A DNA stretch of 64,000 bases from Candidatus Fermentithermobacillaceae bacterium (lineage in GTDB: Bacteria > Bacillota > Sulfobacillia > Fermentithermobacillales > Fermentithermobacillaceae), in assembly GCA_012841375.1 (NCBI GenBank), contig DUUV01000002.1, forward strand, positions 17,828 through 81,827. The letters are read 5' to 3'. Shown one piece after another: positions 47,443 through 57,593 of the stretch. The stretch's first letter is position 1. Each line of letters starts with the position of its first letter. The notes beneath the pieces were generated by a model. That model was not told where the DNA came from and searched no databases. It worked only from the letters and a program-made list of their open reading frames with translations. Made by a program: the position numbers and the translations under genes.

Positions 47443-47956
47443 GAGCGATGTCGGACACCGCTACCTTCACCGAATCAACGGTAACGCCTACGATATCGCG
47501 GACATAGGTCGCGGTGGCTTTCTGAATCTTGTCGGAGAGATCGGGCAAGTTCGCGTCAAGAGCGGCTTTCACATCCAGGGCCACCGAAATGCCTGTCCCT
47601 CCCTTGGACAAAAAGACCCGCGTCTTTACCTCTCTGACACCGGGGATCTTGGACGCGACCCTCGTAACCAGACTCTTCACCGCGACCAGGGAGATGCGGA
47701 CTTCTCCCATCTCGCCGTCGTGGATGACCGCCTGGTCGGGTACCCTCTTGAAGGCGTAGTAGATGAACCTGATTCCGGCCAGGACTATGAGAGATGATAC
47801 GACCCCCACGGTAGTCCTGCCTTGCGACGACATCATCGTGTCCTGGAACCACCTTGCGGGAGCCTCCCAGCCAAACGTCACCAAGAGCGTGAACAAAGAC
47901 ATTACCGTGAAAGCCAATGCATACAGGCTAAGAACTACCCTATCAAGTATCCCCAT
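47426..47956 (-). CDS. amaP: Alkaline-shock response membrane anchor protein (AmaP-like)
   Basis: N-terminal TM helices plus a C-terminal domain. Directly downstream of asp23. Confidence 0.6.
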   Translation of the reverse strand: MGILDRVVLSLYALAFTVMSLFTLLVTFGWEAPARWFQDTMMSSQGRTTVGVVSSLIVLAGIRFIYYAFKRVPDQAVIHDGEMGEVRISLVAVKSLVTRVASKIPGVREVKTRVFLSKGGTGISVALDVKAALDANLPDLSDKIQKATATYVRDIVGVTVDSVKVAVSDIALDSRR

Positions 47957-47973
47957 GCGACCACCCCACCGGA

Positions 47974-48381
47974 TTATTGGTCATGAGCGTCGGAGCTTCC
48001 TTGGTCATGGAACGTTACTCCTTGAACGTGGATGTTGACCTGAGTCACCTTGAGATCGGTCATACTCTCCACCGACTTCTTGACGCTCTCCTGAACCTTA
48101 TACGCGACTTCCGGTATGCGGGCTCCGTACCTCACCGAAAGGTAGAGGTCCAAAGCCACTTCGCTGTCGTTTGATATGACGCGAACTCCCTTGGTAGGGT
48201 TCTTCCTTCCCAGGATAGCTCCGCCTATATCGCCCACAATGCTGCTGGACATCCCGGCGACTCCCTGAACTTGTGACGCTGCGGTACTCGCTATGGCTCC
48301 GATCACTTCATCGGATATTTTGACTTCTGATTCGGCGCGAACACCGGTGTCGAGCCCGGTAGGTTCTTCTTCTGGCACCAA
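47974..48381 (-). CDS. yqhY: Asp23/Gls24 family protein (YqhY-like)
   Basis: ...ISDEVIGAIASTAASQVQGVAGM... matches the Asp23 family. TTG start with AGGAGG RBS. Confidence 0.8.
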   Translation of the reverse strand: MVPEEEPTGLDTGVRAESEVKISDEVIGAIASTAASQVQGVAGMSSSIVGDIGGAILGRKNPTKGVRVISNDSEVALDLYLSVRYGARIPEVAYKVQESVKKSVESMTDLKVTQVNIHVQGVTFHDQGSSDAHDQ

Positions 48382-48458
48382 AACAGCCTCCTAAACCGGC
48401 CCCGGGGACACAGGAACCCTGAGTCTCACCGTTCTCTCCGGTTGACACTATATGAACC

Positions 48459-48488
48459 ATTATACAGACCGTTCCAGTCTACCTGCAA
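48459..48488 (-). promoter_or_regulatory. SigmaA-type promoter (TTGCAG-18 nt-TATAAT) for the asp23-amaP-nusB operon
   Basis: Minus strand reads TTGCAGgtagactggaacggtctgTATAAT, ~80 nt upstream of the asp23 start. Confidence 0.45.
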
Positions 48489-48568
48489 CGACGGCCCTCC
48501 GGCTGCCCGGGCGGCAGTCCGGCGACGGGACTTTGCGCCACCTGCCCGGCCATCATCTCCCGGTAGCC

Positions 48569-49102
48569 TCAGGGACAAGAGAACACGGTGATCTTCTCGA
48601 GTCCCAGTTTAGTCACCTTTTTGACGGCTTCCCCGATCTGGGCGACATCCCGCTCGCCTAGAGACTCTGCCCTTACTGCCACGGTACAGGCGTCGGGAGA
48701 CAGGAAGACCAGAGAGTCCCATCCTTTCGCCTTGAGAAGCCCCTCCACCTTTAGCTCCTTCCCCATAGTGTCTACAAGGAAGAGATACTGGGCATGGGCG
48801 GCGTCCCGCGCCTCCTTCGACGCCTTGGAATCATTCATCACGGCCTTGATCATATCGACCTGCTCTTTGTGGGTCTTCTCCCTGTCCAGGCGGAACTCAA
48901 TGAAGAAGTCGGTGCCTCCGTCGTGCCCGGCAGTTGCCGGCACGGCGCCGTCTTCCGAGAAGAACAAAGCGAAACGAGACCAATTGGACCCCACATAATA
49001 GAGGAGAAGCCCCAACACCACAAGATACAAGATGGCTCTCCAGTTGACCCTCTTCCACAGACGGACACCCGTCACGCCACTTGAGAAACTTGCGAACCTC
49101 AC
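48569..49102 (-). CDS. spoIIIAH: Stage III sporulation protein AH
   Basis: N-terminal TM helix. ~20% K/E mid-region plus a C-terminal YscJ-like domain. Last gene of the spoIIIA operon. Confidence 0.75.
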   Translation of the reverse strand: MRFASFSSGVTGVRLWKRVNWRAILYLVVLGLLLYYVGSNWSRFALFFSEDGAVPATAGHDGGTDFFIEFRLDREKTHKEQVDMIKAVMNDSKASKEARDAAHAQYLFLVDTMGKELKVEGLLKAKGWDSLVFLSPDACTVAVRAESLGERDVAQIGEAVKKVTKLGLEKITVFSCP

Positions 49103-49103
49103 G

Positions 49104-49652
49104 CTAGTCTCCTCCTTTCATGGGAGCGACCTCTATCCTGTAGAGAGGAATACCCAAGAGGGCCTGGGCTGCCCGGTAGATATCTTCCTTTACGCCTGAC
49201 GCGGACGCGCCCTGGGCGACTATGAGGCAACCTGCCACTTGGCCGGGGATTATCCTCTCGAGAAGCGGCGTCTCGGATGAGCCGAAACGGCCGCTGACCG
49301 GCTGAGAAGACTCGTTCTCCGAGAGATTCTGCCTCATCTGGCCGCCTTCCAAGGTCTCTGTCTGAGATGTGCTGGACCTCGTCACGTTCTCGGCGTACAC
49401 ATTTTCAGGACCTGATGATAGCGTGACTCTTGCGCGGACCTTGCCCACGCCGCGGATGGAGCCAATGGCCTCCTCAAGGGCGGCCTCGATCAGCCTGGCC
49501 TGCTCCACTAGATCGGCTATCGGCGTGCCTTCGGCGCCCTGGCTCTTGGGGCGAGCGCTCACGAACGTCCCAACAAGAATCAAAGCCACTCCTATGAGAG
49601 CCAGCACTAAAAGTCGCAGGTTTTGCGGCTTGAGAACAGCTTTCAAATCCAT
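49104..49652 (-). CDS. spoIIIAG: Stage III sporulation protein AG
   Basis: Signal/TM anchor plus the C-terminal ...GQVAGCLIVAQGAS...LGIPLYRIEV... conserved SpoIIIAG region. Confidence 0.75.
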   Translation of the reverse strand: MDLKAVLKPQNLRLLVLALIGVALILVGTFVSARPKSQGAEGTPIADLVEQARLIEAALEEAIGSIRGVGKVRARVTLSSGPENVYAENVTRSSTSQTETLEGGQMRQNLSENESSQPVSGRFGSSETPLLERIIPGQVAGCLIVAQGASASGVKEDIYRAAQALLGIPLYRIEVAPMKGGD

Positions 49653-49770
49653 ACTCCTTGGTTTCGCCTCCTCTCGCGTCTTGAAGGTGATGTCCCCTCC
49701 TCTCTAGAGTTCACGGGGCCGGGTTCTACAGCCGCCCGGTATCCGGGGCCCAAGCTCTTGCAGGAAATCA

Positions 49771-50250
49771 TCAGGGACCGGACACCAGGATCTCGACCTT
49801 GTCTTCCGGGATTCCCGTGTAGACCCCGATAGCCTCGCGGAACGTTTCCAGCCGGTCCTCCGGAGAACCCGGCATTACCGCGACCAGAACCCTATCCAGG
49901 GAAAATCCTCCGTCTTTGGTGGTTACCGAGACCTCCTGGGTCTCGACCCCGCACTTGCCGGCCAACTCGGCTATGCGCTGGGCCGTCTCCATAGAGTAGA
50001 ACTGGCCCAGCGAAAAATCGGTAAAGGCAGTGGGTAGTGAGGTCGGCTGAGGGCCGGCAGTTCCCGATCTCAAGAGCCCTGCGAGCGGCACTATGACGCA
50101 CAGCAAGAGAAGCATTTCCGAAACGAACTTGGCCTGCTTGATGAAGGACTTGGGCACGAGAAGCATCACGGTCGACGAAAACACCGCAAGCAGAAACACG
50201 CCTCGCGCCCACACTTTGACCGACTCCATAGGCCTAACCCTCCTTACCAA
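49771..50250 (-). CDS. spoIIIAF: Stage III sporulation protein AF
   Basis: Two N-terminal TM helices plus a small C-terminal domain. Position between AE and AG. Confidence 0.7.
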   Translation of the reverse strand: MVRRVRPMESVKVWARGVFLLAVFSSTVMLLVPKSFIKQAKFVSEMLLLLCVIVPLAGLLRSGTAGPQPTSLPTAFTDFSLGQFYSMETAQRIAELAGKCGVETQEVSVTTKDGGFSLDRVLVAVMPGSPEDRLETFREAIGVYTGIPEDKVEILVSGP

Positions 50251-50334
50251 AGGCCCAAGACCCTGCCCCGCGTTTTGCGCCCTTCGTCCGCCTGCGGCTC
50301 ACGCCTGGCCTCGTACGCTCTCGGAGGGGCGCCC

Positions 50335-51588
50335 TCACACCGGCCTTACTGCCCGGGCCACCAGCGACAGGCAGATGACAAACACGAAACAAGTGACGAA
50401 CACCGCCATGGCCAGAAGGGCAATTCCGTCGGCCATGCTCTTCAGGGACTTGTGAACCGAGTTCCCGCACAGGGGCCCGAGGACGGCCACCGAGATCTTC
50501 CAGACAACCAGGCAGGACAGTATCTCAAGTAAGGGTGAGAAGAGAGCGCCGAACAAAGCGATGCTGCCCACAAGCCCTATGGCTGATTTCAGACTGTAGG
50601 CCGAACAGAAAAACATATCCATGGTGTCGCTAACGAGTTTCCCCGCGACGGGGATGAAAGTACCGCTCATATACTTGGCGGTCCTGAAAGCCATCCCGTC
50701 GGCCAGTCCGGAGGCCGCCCTCTGCCCGGCCACCGCTCCAACGAAACACGCCATAAGCACTCCGGTCCCTAAGAAGGCCGCCTGCCGCAGCATGGACGCG
50801 ACACCCGAGGCGCGGTCTCCGCCGCCGAGATTGCCGGCCATGTCCACAGCGATCGACGTGTATATCATGGGAAACGCCACATCCAGGACGAATACGCTTG
50901 CCATGGTCCCCATCCCAAACACGAGAGGATGAACCACCGACGCCGTCACGGGCATGCCAGAAACCAGCGAGAGGCTGGAAAGGGCCGGGACGAACGCGAA
51001 AAACGCGGCACGTAGGTTCTCCATGGCAGTCCTGGCGATCCCCAGGACGTCCCGGAAGGAGAGGACGGCCAGAGCAATGAGGGCCAGATGAGACGCCCAC
51101 ATGGCCAGCTTGCTGGATCCTCCGGGCGAGATGGTGTTGGTGAGGATCTCCAGGCAAGCCATGGCAACGCCTATGAGGACGATCTTCCCCAGGATCTTTG
51201 AGTTGGCCAAGAGGCCACCGGCGACGGTCTTGGAGAACGCTCGACCCAATTCTGAGAAATCCAGCCCCTTACCTGTAAGGATGCCGGAAACCATTTCCCG
51301 CCAATTCAGCCCCCCGTCTCCGATGATGTCCCGGAAAACCCTGTCGATTGGGCTGGTTACCCCGGAATCTTCCAGGTTCCGGAGAGAAGAACTCCACGAT
51401 GGAAGGCTTCCCGCAGGATGCCCAACGTCACCGGGCTCTCCTCCGGAGGACTCAAGGGGCTCGAGGGTGCCGGACGGAAGCGCAGCGGCGCACGACAAAA
51501 AGGCCAAGATGCCCAGTACCATAACAAGCGTTGTCATGCTGCTTTTCTTGCGCGGTCTTCTCACCCTCTCACCTCCACACGCCCTCAC
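50335..51588 (-). CDS. spoIIIAE: Stage III sporulation protein AE (polytopic membrane)
   Basis: 417-aa multi-TM protein with signal peptide. Conserved position. Confidence 0.8.
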   Translation of the reverse strand: MRACGGERVRRPRKKSSMTTLVMVLGILAFLSCAAALPSGTLEPLESSGGEPGDVGHPAGSLPSWSSSLRNLEDSGVTSPIDRVFRDIIGDGGLNWREMVSGILTGKGLDFSELGRAFSKTVAGGLLANSKILGKIVLIGVAMACLEILTNTISPGGSSKLAMWASHLALIALAVLSFRDVLGIARTAMENLRAAFFAFVPALSSLSLVSGMPVTASVVHPLVFGMGTMASVFVLDVAFPMIYTSIAVDMAGNLGGGDRASGVASMLRQAAFLGTGVLMACFVGAVAGQRAASGLADGMAFRTAKYMSGTFIPVAGKLVSDTMDMFFCSAYSLKSAIGLVGSIALFGALFSPLLEILSCLVVWKISVAVLGPLCGNSVHKSLKSMADGIALLAMAVFVTCFVFVICLSLVARAVRPV

Positions 51589-51980
51589 GTCATAAGCAGC
51601 CTTATCACGTTCAACACTTCCTGAACGATGGGCAAAGCCGATACGAGGATCAGGATCTTCCCTGCCATCTCTACCCGTGTAGCCACCACTTCCTCGCCAG
51701 CGTCCCTGCAGATGGAAGCTCCCAGGTCGGAGATGTACGAGATAGCGAGGACCTTTAGGATGATTCCGAAATACAAGGGCTCTAGGCCGGACTCGGTAGC
51801 CAACACCCCGAAAACGGCAATGACCGACGATAGCCTGGGCAATATCATGAAGAACAGCATGAGTCCCACCACGAGCGCCAAGCCCAGGGACAGTTCGGGC
51901 CTCTCTTTCCGTATGAGGAGCAAGACGACGCTGGCGACGATGCCCAGCCCGGCTACCTGGAAGATGTCCACCGGAAACAC
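51585..51980 (-). CDS. spoIIIAD: Stage III sporulation protein AD
   Basis: 131 aa, 4 TM. MFPVDIFQVAGLGIVASVVLLLIR... Confidence 0.8.
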   Translation of the reverse strand: MFPVDIFQVAGLGIVASVVLLLIRKERPELSLGLALVVGLMLFFMILPRLSSVIAVFGVLATESGLEPLYFGIILKVLAISYISDLGASICRDAGEEVVATRVEMAGKILILVSALPIVQEVLNVIRLLMT

Positions 51981-51981
51981 C

Positions 51982-52182
51982 TCATGGCAACTGGAATGTG
52001 GAACGTACTGCGTCGAAGAAGTCTGCGATCAATCCCGTAACCAACGTAAGCACTATGACTATGCCGGTAAGAGTGACCAGCCACGCGTACTCCTCTTTGC
52101 CCGCCTGCTTGAGGACTGAGTGCAGGACGGAAACGATTATCGCCAGCCCGGCGATCTTGAAGATGAGGTCAACGCTTAGCAT
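51982..52182 (-). CDS. spoIIIAC: Stage III sporulation protein AC
   Basis: 66 aa, 2 TM. ...IFKIAGLAIIVSVLHSVLKQAGKEEYA... Confidence 0.8.
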   Translation of the reverse strand: MLSVDLIFKIAGLAIIVSVLHSVLKQAGKEEYAWLVTLTGIVIVLTLVTGLIADFFDAVRSTFQLP

Positions 52183-52198
52183 GGACTAACCTCCTCGT

Positions 52199-52723
52199 CT
52201 AGATGAGCACGATCACGGCCATGAGTCCGCCGAGAACCCCCAGATACCTGTACATCCTGGCCCTTTTCCCGTATTCAACTTCCATGGAACTGAGGAACGA
52301 CCTGACTCTGTCTATGGACATGTCTATATGCCTGACTTGCTCCGTATGACCGCTTGTACCCAAAGATTTGACCAGTTCTCCAATGGTCTCCCTGGCAAGC
52401 CGGGGCAGTTCGCCCAGACACGTCTCATTCAACACCGTCTCCAGGGCGTCTTCCGGAGTGCGCCTGCCGGATAACCCGGAGCGGCTGCCCAACAAGCAGA
52501 ACAACTCGCCGACAGCGCCCCCTGCCCTCTGACCCGCTGCAGTGAGGGCCTGAGGCAGCGGTTTCAGCACATACGATACTTCCGTTGAAAGCGCCTGGAG
52601 GGCGGTCACAAGCCTCCGGAGCTCCTCAATCTGACCCTCCACCCCACGGGCAGTGCCAAAACCTGCGGCTGCAGCCGTCCCCAGAAGCAAGAACGACCCG
52701 GCCAGTTTCAAGAACACCTTCAC
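52199..52723 (-). CDS. spoIIIAB: Stage III sporulation protein AB
   Basis: 174 aa. N- and C-terminal TM helices flank a cytoplasmic domain, as in SpoIIIAB. Confidence 0.8.
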   Translation of the reverse strand: MKVFLKLAGSFLLLGTAAAAGFGTARGVEGQIEELRRLVTALQALSTEVSYVLKPLPQALTAAGQRAGGAVGELFCLLGSRSGLSGRRTPEDALETVLNETCLGELPRLARETIGELVKSLGTSGHTEQVRHIDMSIDRVRSFLSSMEVEYGKRARMYRYLGVLGGLMAVIVLI

Positions 52724-52799
52724 ACCTCCTCATGGGGGCGCGTCCTCTGCCTTGCCGGCGGCGTTCGGGACGGGCACCCCAGGGGCCTCCCGGAGGGCG

Positions 52800-53831
52800 C
52801 TAAGTCCGCGGGAGGTCCCCGGCATACTCGACAGTCCCGGGGCCTTTCCGCCTTGAGAGAACGACAGCCTTATCGAAGTAGCCCTCACTCAAGAGCCATC
52901 TTGAATATGGGCGCTTCCTCACCTGTTCCAGGTCGTTTCCATGGCACGTGGCCAGCACCACGGCACCGCCTGAAATGGCTGCCGCGACGGCCCTGGCGTC
53001 TTCCTCTCCTCCGAGTTCGTCTGTGGCGATAACCTCCGGTCCCATGGAACGCATGACCATCATGATTCCCCTGGCTTTGGGACACCTGTCAAGCACGTCT
53101 GCGCGAGGCCCGACGTCGTGCTGGGGGATACCGCCGTAACACGCCGCTATCTCGGAACGTTCATCTACGATGCCTACCTGGGAGGGCCGGATCCCCGCCT
53201 CCGGCATCCCCTCGCCCGAGATGCGGCATAGGTCGCGCAAGAGTGTCGTCTTGCCCGCTCCGGGGGGTGAGACTATCAGTGTTGACGCCAACCGCCCGTA
53301 TGACCCGGCCAGTTCTCGAGCCAAACGAGCGCCGGCTCCCTTGACCGCCCTGGCTATCCTGAAACTGAGCCCCGAGACGTCGCGTATTCGTACGGTTCCG
53401 TCGGCCCAGACGGCAGCCTGTCCGGTAAGCCCAACCCTGTGCCCCCCGGGAATGGTGATGTAGCCGTTGGCGAACTCGCTCTCCAGGGCGTAATATGAAC
53501 AGTCGCTTACGAGAGAGAGGGTGCGCCCGATCTCCTCTCCGGTGGCGATCAGGCAAGGGACGCTTGGACCTGACCCGTCAAAGAGTATGTCTCGCGCCGG
53601 CAGTACCGCGCAGACCGGCAGGCCTGCCCGCAGCCGCAATTCGTTGACGGCCATCCCCCGGGGCAAGGAGGCGAGTATGCCGAGCCTGATCCGGTCGGGT
53701 ACAAGCGGAAGGATATCGCGCTCAAAGGCCTCCCACCCGGCATCCCATGACGCCGGCGGCGAGTATACAGAACTCCGGTTGGGCGGAGCAGGGGCCGGCA
53801 AAACGCCTGTTCTCGCTGGGGAACCTATCAA
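52800..53831 (-). CDS. spoIIIAA: Stage III sporulation protein AA (AAA+/secretion-ATPase-like)
   Basis: Walker A STLIVSPPGAGKTTLLRD. ...YITIPGGHRVGL... matches SpoIIIAA. The start is uncertain. The ORF drawn from GTG 53873 lacks an RBS. A TTG at 53831 has GGGAGA 9 nt upstream. Confidence 0.8.
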   Translation of the reverse strand: MIGSPARTGVLPAPAPPNRSSVYSPPASWDAGWEAFERDILPLVPDRIRLGILASLPRGMAVNELRLRAGLPVCAVLPARDILFDGSGPSVPCLIATGEEIGRTLSLVSDCSYYALESEFANGYITIPGGHRVGLTGQAAVWADGTVRIRDVSGLSFRIARAVKGAGARLARELAGSYGRLASTLIVSPPGAGKTTLLRDLCRISGEGMPEAGIRPSQVGIVDERSEIAACYGGIPQHDVGPRADVLDRCPKARGIMMVMRSMGPEVIATDELGGEEDARAVAAAISGGAVVLATCHGNDLEQVRKRPYSRWLLSEGYFDKAVVLSRRKGPGTVEYAGDLPRT

Positions 53832-53892
53832 TCGCTTCACTCTCCCGTTGTCATAACATATTTTGGAAGTCACGTCTGTATGACTGGGGAGG

Positions 53893-53925
53893 CCTCAAAA
53901 GGAAAGGCGCCCTTTCGGGCGCCTC
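53893..53925 (-). terminator. Intrinsic terminator (GGCGCCCgaaaGGGCGCC + UUUCCUUUU) after the acidic Zn-ribbon gene
   Basis: Perfect 7-bp GC stem with a tetraloop, followed by a U-rich tract on the minus strand. Separates the upstream gene from the spoIIIA operon. Confidence 0.6.
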
Positions 53926-54006
53926 TTTACTCGGTCAGTCAGGAGACACGGTTCTAGGGCAACTAGGGGCCCAACCCGGTCTCCGGCAGAATCGCTCTAC
54001 CGGATC

Positions 54007-54465
54007 TTAGTCCTTCTCCGGCTCCTCATCGTCGTCATCGTCACACGAGCACGACTCGTCATCGTCGCAATCGCATTCGAGCTCGACGTCCAGATCGTCG
54101 TAGTCATCCCATTCGATGTCATCTTGAGAGAACGAATCTCCGCACTCAGGGCAGACTATCTGGTTCTCGGGATCGTCCAGAACCGATGCCTCAATCTCCA
54201 GAAGTTCCCCGCAGTTGGGACACTCGATCTCCACGAAGTCACTGCCGTACACGGTTTCCTCGACATCTGAAAGGTCCTCGTCGACCGATTCCACGTAGTC
54301 TTCCAAATCGTCCTGGGCCTCAGCCAGTTTCTCAATGGCCTGGGCCATCTCCTTGAGCACGTCTGAAATGACTTTTATAGCCTTTCCTTCCTTGGTGCTG
54401 TCCGATATGTCCAGGCCTTCAATGAGTCCCTGGAGATACGAGACTCTCTCCCTCAATTGAGACAT
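54007..54465 (-). CDS. Hypothetical coiled-coil + zinc-ribbon protein with a poly-acidic Cys/Asp C-terminal tail
   Basis: Strong RBS (GAAGGAGGGG 5 nt upstream). CPNCGELLEIEASVLDDPENQIVCPECG (CxxC...CxxC). C-terminus ELECDCDDDESCSCDDDDDEEPEKD. Occupies the yqhV-like position between efp and spoIIIAA. Confidence 0.65.
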   Translation of the reverse strand: MSQLRERVSYLQGLIEGLDISDSTKEGKAIKVISDVLKEMAQAIEKLAEAQDDLEDYVESVDEDLSDVEETVYGSDFVEIECPNCGELLEIEASVLDDPENQIVCPECGDSFSQDDIEWDDYDDLDVELECDCDDDESCSCDDDDDEEPEKD

Positions 54466-54563
54466 CTGAACCCCTCCTTCTGTTGTCGTCTCCCGGAACG
54501 GTCTTGCTCACAGAGATGCCTGCCGCCTGCGGTCGCCACGGCACGTTATTACCCGTGCAGGCG

Positions 54564-55121
54564 CTATACCCGCTCGATATACGTGCCCGTGCGAGTGTCC
54601 ACTTTCAGGACATCGCCCACGTTCACGAAGAGCGGGACCTTCACCGTTGCTCCGGTCTCGAGCTTGGCGAGTTTGGTACCGCCTGTCGCCGTATCGCCTT
54701 TGAAGCCGGGCTCGGTCTCAACCACCGCGAGCTCTACGAAATTAGGCACCTCGACACCAATCACCCTGTTATCATAGCTCAATATGACGACGTTCATGTT
54801 CTCTTTCAGGTAGTTGGCGCCGTCGCCTATGTCTTCCCGCGTCACGGTGATCTGCTCGTAAGTCTGGTTATCCATGAGCGTGTAATCGTCGCCGACGGCA
54901 TAGAGGAACTGGGCCTCCCTACGCTCGATGTGAGCCCTGGGGAGCTTCTCGCCGGCGTTGAAGGTCCGCTCGAGCACCGCTCCCGTTATGACGTTCTTGA
55001 TCTTGGCCCGCACAAAAGCAGAGCCTTTTCCGGGCTTGACATGCTGGAAATCAACGACCACCCAAGGTTGGCCGTCAATCTCAACCGTCACTCCGGTGCG
55101 AAAATCGTTTGTAGATATCAT
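54564..55121 (-). CDS. efp: Elongation factor P
   Basis: [43 protein letters not shown]... matches EF-P. 185 aa. Confidence 0.9.
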   Translation of the reverse strand: MISTNDFRTGVTVEIDGQPWVVVDFQHVKPGKGSAFVRAKIKNVITGAVLERTFNAGEKLPRAHIERREAQFLYAVGDDYTLMDNQTYEQITVTREDIGDGANYLKENMNVVILSYDNRVIGVEVPNFVELAVVETEPGFKGDTATGGTKLAKLETGATVKVPLFVNVGDVLKVDTRTGTYIERV

Positions 55122-55133
55122 GCGGACACCTCG

Positions 55134-56252
55134 CTAACCTATTACCGTCAATTCTTTCGGGCTTCCGGAGAGTATCTCCTTGCCGCTCTCGGTTATGACG
55201 ATCAAGTCCTCGATGCGGCATCCCCCGAACCCGGGTATGTAGATGCCTGGCTCCACCGTGATCACCATGCCGGGCTCCAACAAGGTCTCGCCTTTCTTTC
55301 CGGCGCTGGGCCCCTCGTGTACAGCGAGGCCGACCCCGTGACCGGTCCCATGGCCAAAATACTGGCCGTATCCTGCGTCTTCGATGACTTTCCTGGCCGC
55401 GGCATCTACATCCTTGCCCGGGACTCCGGGCTTAGCCGCCTCCAAACCCGCAAGTTGAGCCTCCAACACAACCTTGTATATCTCTTCGTGCTTCTTGTCC
55501 AAAGGATCGATGACAAACGTCCTCGTTTCATCAGAGCAATACCCTTTATACCTTGCCCCAAAGTCAAACGTGAGGAAGTCGCCGGGGGCTACTTTGTTGT
55601 CGGTAGGTTGTCCGTGAGGCAGCGATGATCTGGCGCCGCTCACAGCAATTATGGGGAAAGCCAGCCCGTCGGCCCCGAGCCTGCGCATGGTGAACTCAAG
55701 CTCCAGCGCCAGTTCGTTTTCGGTGGCCCCTACTCTTATAGCCCTCGATGCCAATGAGAACGCCTCATCGGCGATTTCCTGAGCCTTGGCAATCAACGCG
55801 ATCTCTTCAGGACTCTTGACCATCCGGAGGCCTTCGATCCAGCGAGACACGCCCTCAAGCCGGATCCCTTCGAACCTCTCCTGCATCCTCTCAAAATTGG
55901 CGTAAGTGACCTGGTCCTTCTCGAAGGCCAGAGAGCGCACGCCCTCTTTCTTCAGAGCATCCTTCAGGGGGTCTATATCCACACCGGTCTCAACCACATT
56001 GAAATCGGGAGCTTCTTCGGCAGCTATTTCTGTGTACCGGGAATCGGTGAAAAGGTAGCTAGAATTCTCCGTGATCAGGACCTGCCCGGCATCACCCGTA
56101 AACCCCGACAGGTACCGCCAGTTCAGGTATGTAGTGACGAGAAAAGCGTCGACGCCTTCTCCGGCCATCTTCTCGCGAATCTTGGCCAGTTTCATCTGAG
56201 AATCCACGAATTCACCCCCGGGATGGGAATTTTTGCTTGCCAATTCTACCAT
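55134..56252 (-). CDS. pepP: Xaa-Pro aminopeptidase (M24B)
   Basis: C-terminal pita-bread domain (...HGTGHGVGLAVHEGP...). Metal-ligand residues are conserved. The start may be a downstream ATG (56195). Confidence 0.85.
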   Translation of the reverse strand: MVELASKNSHPGGEFVDSQMKLAKIREKMAGEGVDAFLVTTYLNWRYLSGFTGDAGQVLITENSSYLFTDSRYTEIAAEEAPDFNVVETGVDIDPLKDALKKEGVRSLAFEKDQVTYANFERMQERFEGIRLEGVSRWIEGLRMVKSPEEIALIAKAQEIADEAFSLASRAIRVGATENELALELEFTMRRLGADGLAFPIIAVSGARSSLPHGQPTDNKVAPGDFLTFDFGARYKGYCSDETRTFVIDPLDKKHEEIYKVVLEAQLAGLEAAKPGVPGKDVDAAARKVIEDAGYGQYFGHGTGHGVGLAVHEGPSAGKKGETLLEPGMVITVEPGIYIPGFGGCRIEDLIVITESGKEILSGSPKELTVIG

Positions 56253-56306
56253 AGACGGGCCCGCTCCGGTAGCCGAGAGAACGGGCCCATCTTCTCAAGA
56301 CCGTAG

Positions 56307-57542
56307 TTATAGGTAGAAGGGGAATTTCCCTGTCAGTTCCTTGACCTCGGCGGCGATCTTCCGCTCACTCGCTTCGTCGCCAATGGCCGAAAGGGTCCGG
56401 TCGATGAGCTCCCCGATGACCTTCATCTCGGGTTCCTTCATTCCCCTGGTGGTTACGGCGGGGCTTCCAATGCGGATCCCGCTTGTGATCATGGGCTTCT
56501 TGGTGTCAAACGGGATGCCGTTCTTGTTGACCGTGATGCCGACCTTGTCGAGGGCGACTTCCGCGTCCCTTCCGGTTATACCCTTTGAGGTCAGGTCGAC
56601 CAGCATGAGGTGGTTGTCAGTTCCACCCGACACCAACCTGTAGCCCCGTTCCATCAAAGACTCTGCCAGCGCTTTGGCGTTCTTGAGGACCTGGGCCTGG
56701 TACTCTTTGAAAGACGGCTCGAGGGCTTCCTTGAATGAGACAGCCTTGGCGGCTATCACATGCATGAGCGGTCCGCCCTGGATTCCCGGGAAAATGGCCT
56801 TGTCGATGGCGGTGGCCCACTCCTTGGTGCACAGGATCATCCCCCCACGGGGTCCTCTCAGGGTCTTGTGCGTAGTAGTGGTGACGAACTGGGCGTGCGG
56901 GACAGGTGATGGATGAAGCCCTGCCGCCACCAGTCCGGCGATGTGGGCCATATCGACCATGAGTAGGGCTCCCACTTCATCGGCGATGGACTTGAACGCC
57001 TCAAAGTCGATGATCCGCGGATAGGCGCTGGCGCCGGCCACGATCAGCCGGGGCTTGGATTCCTTGGCTATCTCCCGCACACGGTCGTAGTCGATGCGCT
57101 CGGTCTTCCGGTCGACCCCATAGGCCACGAAATTGTAGTACTTCCCGGACATGTTCACCGGGCTGCCGTGGGTGAGGTGACCACCGTGGGCCAAGTTCAT
57201 CCCGAGGACCGTATCCCCCGGCTTCAGACATGCGAAGTACACGCCGGTGTTCGCCTGCGCTCCTGAATGGGGCTGGACGTTGGCGTGATCCGCGCCGAAT
57301 ATGGCCTTTGCTCTGTCCCTCGCCAGGTTCTCGGCGATGTCCACAACCTCGCAACCGCCATAGTACCGCTGACCTGGATAACCTTCCGCGTACTTGTTGG
57401 TCATGACGGAACCCATGGCCTGAAGCACGGCTTCGGTTACAAGGTTCTCGGAAGCGATGAGCTCGATAACACTCATTTGCCTCTCTTTTTCATCCTGAAT
57501 CGCGGCGTAGATCTCCGGGTCTCGATGGGCCAGTGGATTCAT
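56307..57542 (-). CDS. glyA: Serine hydroxymethyltransferase
   Basis: ...[18 protein letters not shown]... and the PLP lysine context ([15 protein letters not shown]). Confidence 0.9.
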   Translation of the reverse strand: MNPLAHRDPEIYAAIQDEKERQMSVIELIASENLVTEAVLQAMGSVMTNKYAEGYPGQRYYGGCEVVDIAENLARDRAKAIFGADHANVQPHSGAQANTGVYFACLKPGDTVLGMNLAHGGHLTHGSPVNMSGKYYNFVAYGVDRKTERIDYDRVREIAKESKPRLIVAGASAYPRIIDFEAFKSIADEVGALLMVDMAHIAGLVAAGLHPSPVPHAQFVTTTTHKTLRGPRGGMILCTKEWATAIDKAIFPGIQGGPLMHVIAAKAVSFKEALEPSFKEYQAQVLKNAKALAESLMERGYRLVSGGTDNHLMLVDLTSKGITGRDAEVALDKVGITVNKNGIPFDTKKPMITSGIRIGSPAVTTRGMKEPEMKVIGELIDRTLSAIGDEASERKIAAEVKELTGKFPFYL

Positions 57543-57593
57543 CTCTCTCCCGCCTTTCTGATGAAATGCTGCTCTCTACCTCTGGAACGCTCC

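Noticed and set aside
53832-53892. SigmaE promoter for the spoIIIA operon (CATACA seen at ~53869-53876 on the minus strand)
   Set aside because: A CATACA hexamer is present, but no ATATT-like -35 lies 13-15 bp upstream of it. The arrangement does not fit the sigmaE/sigmaK consensus well enough to annotate.
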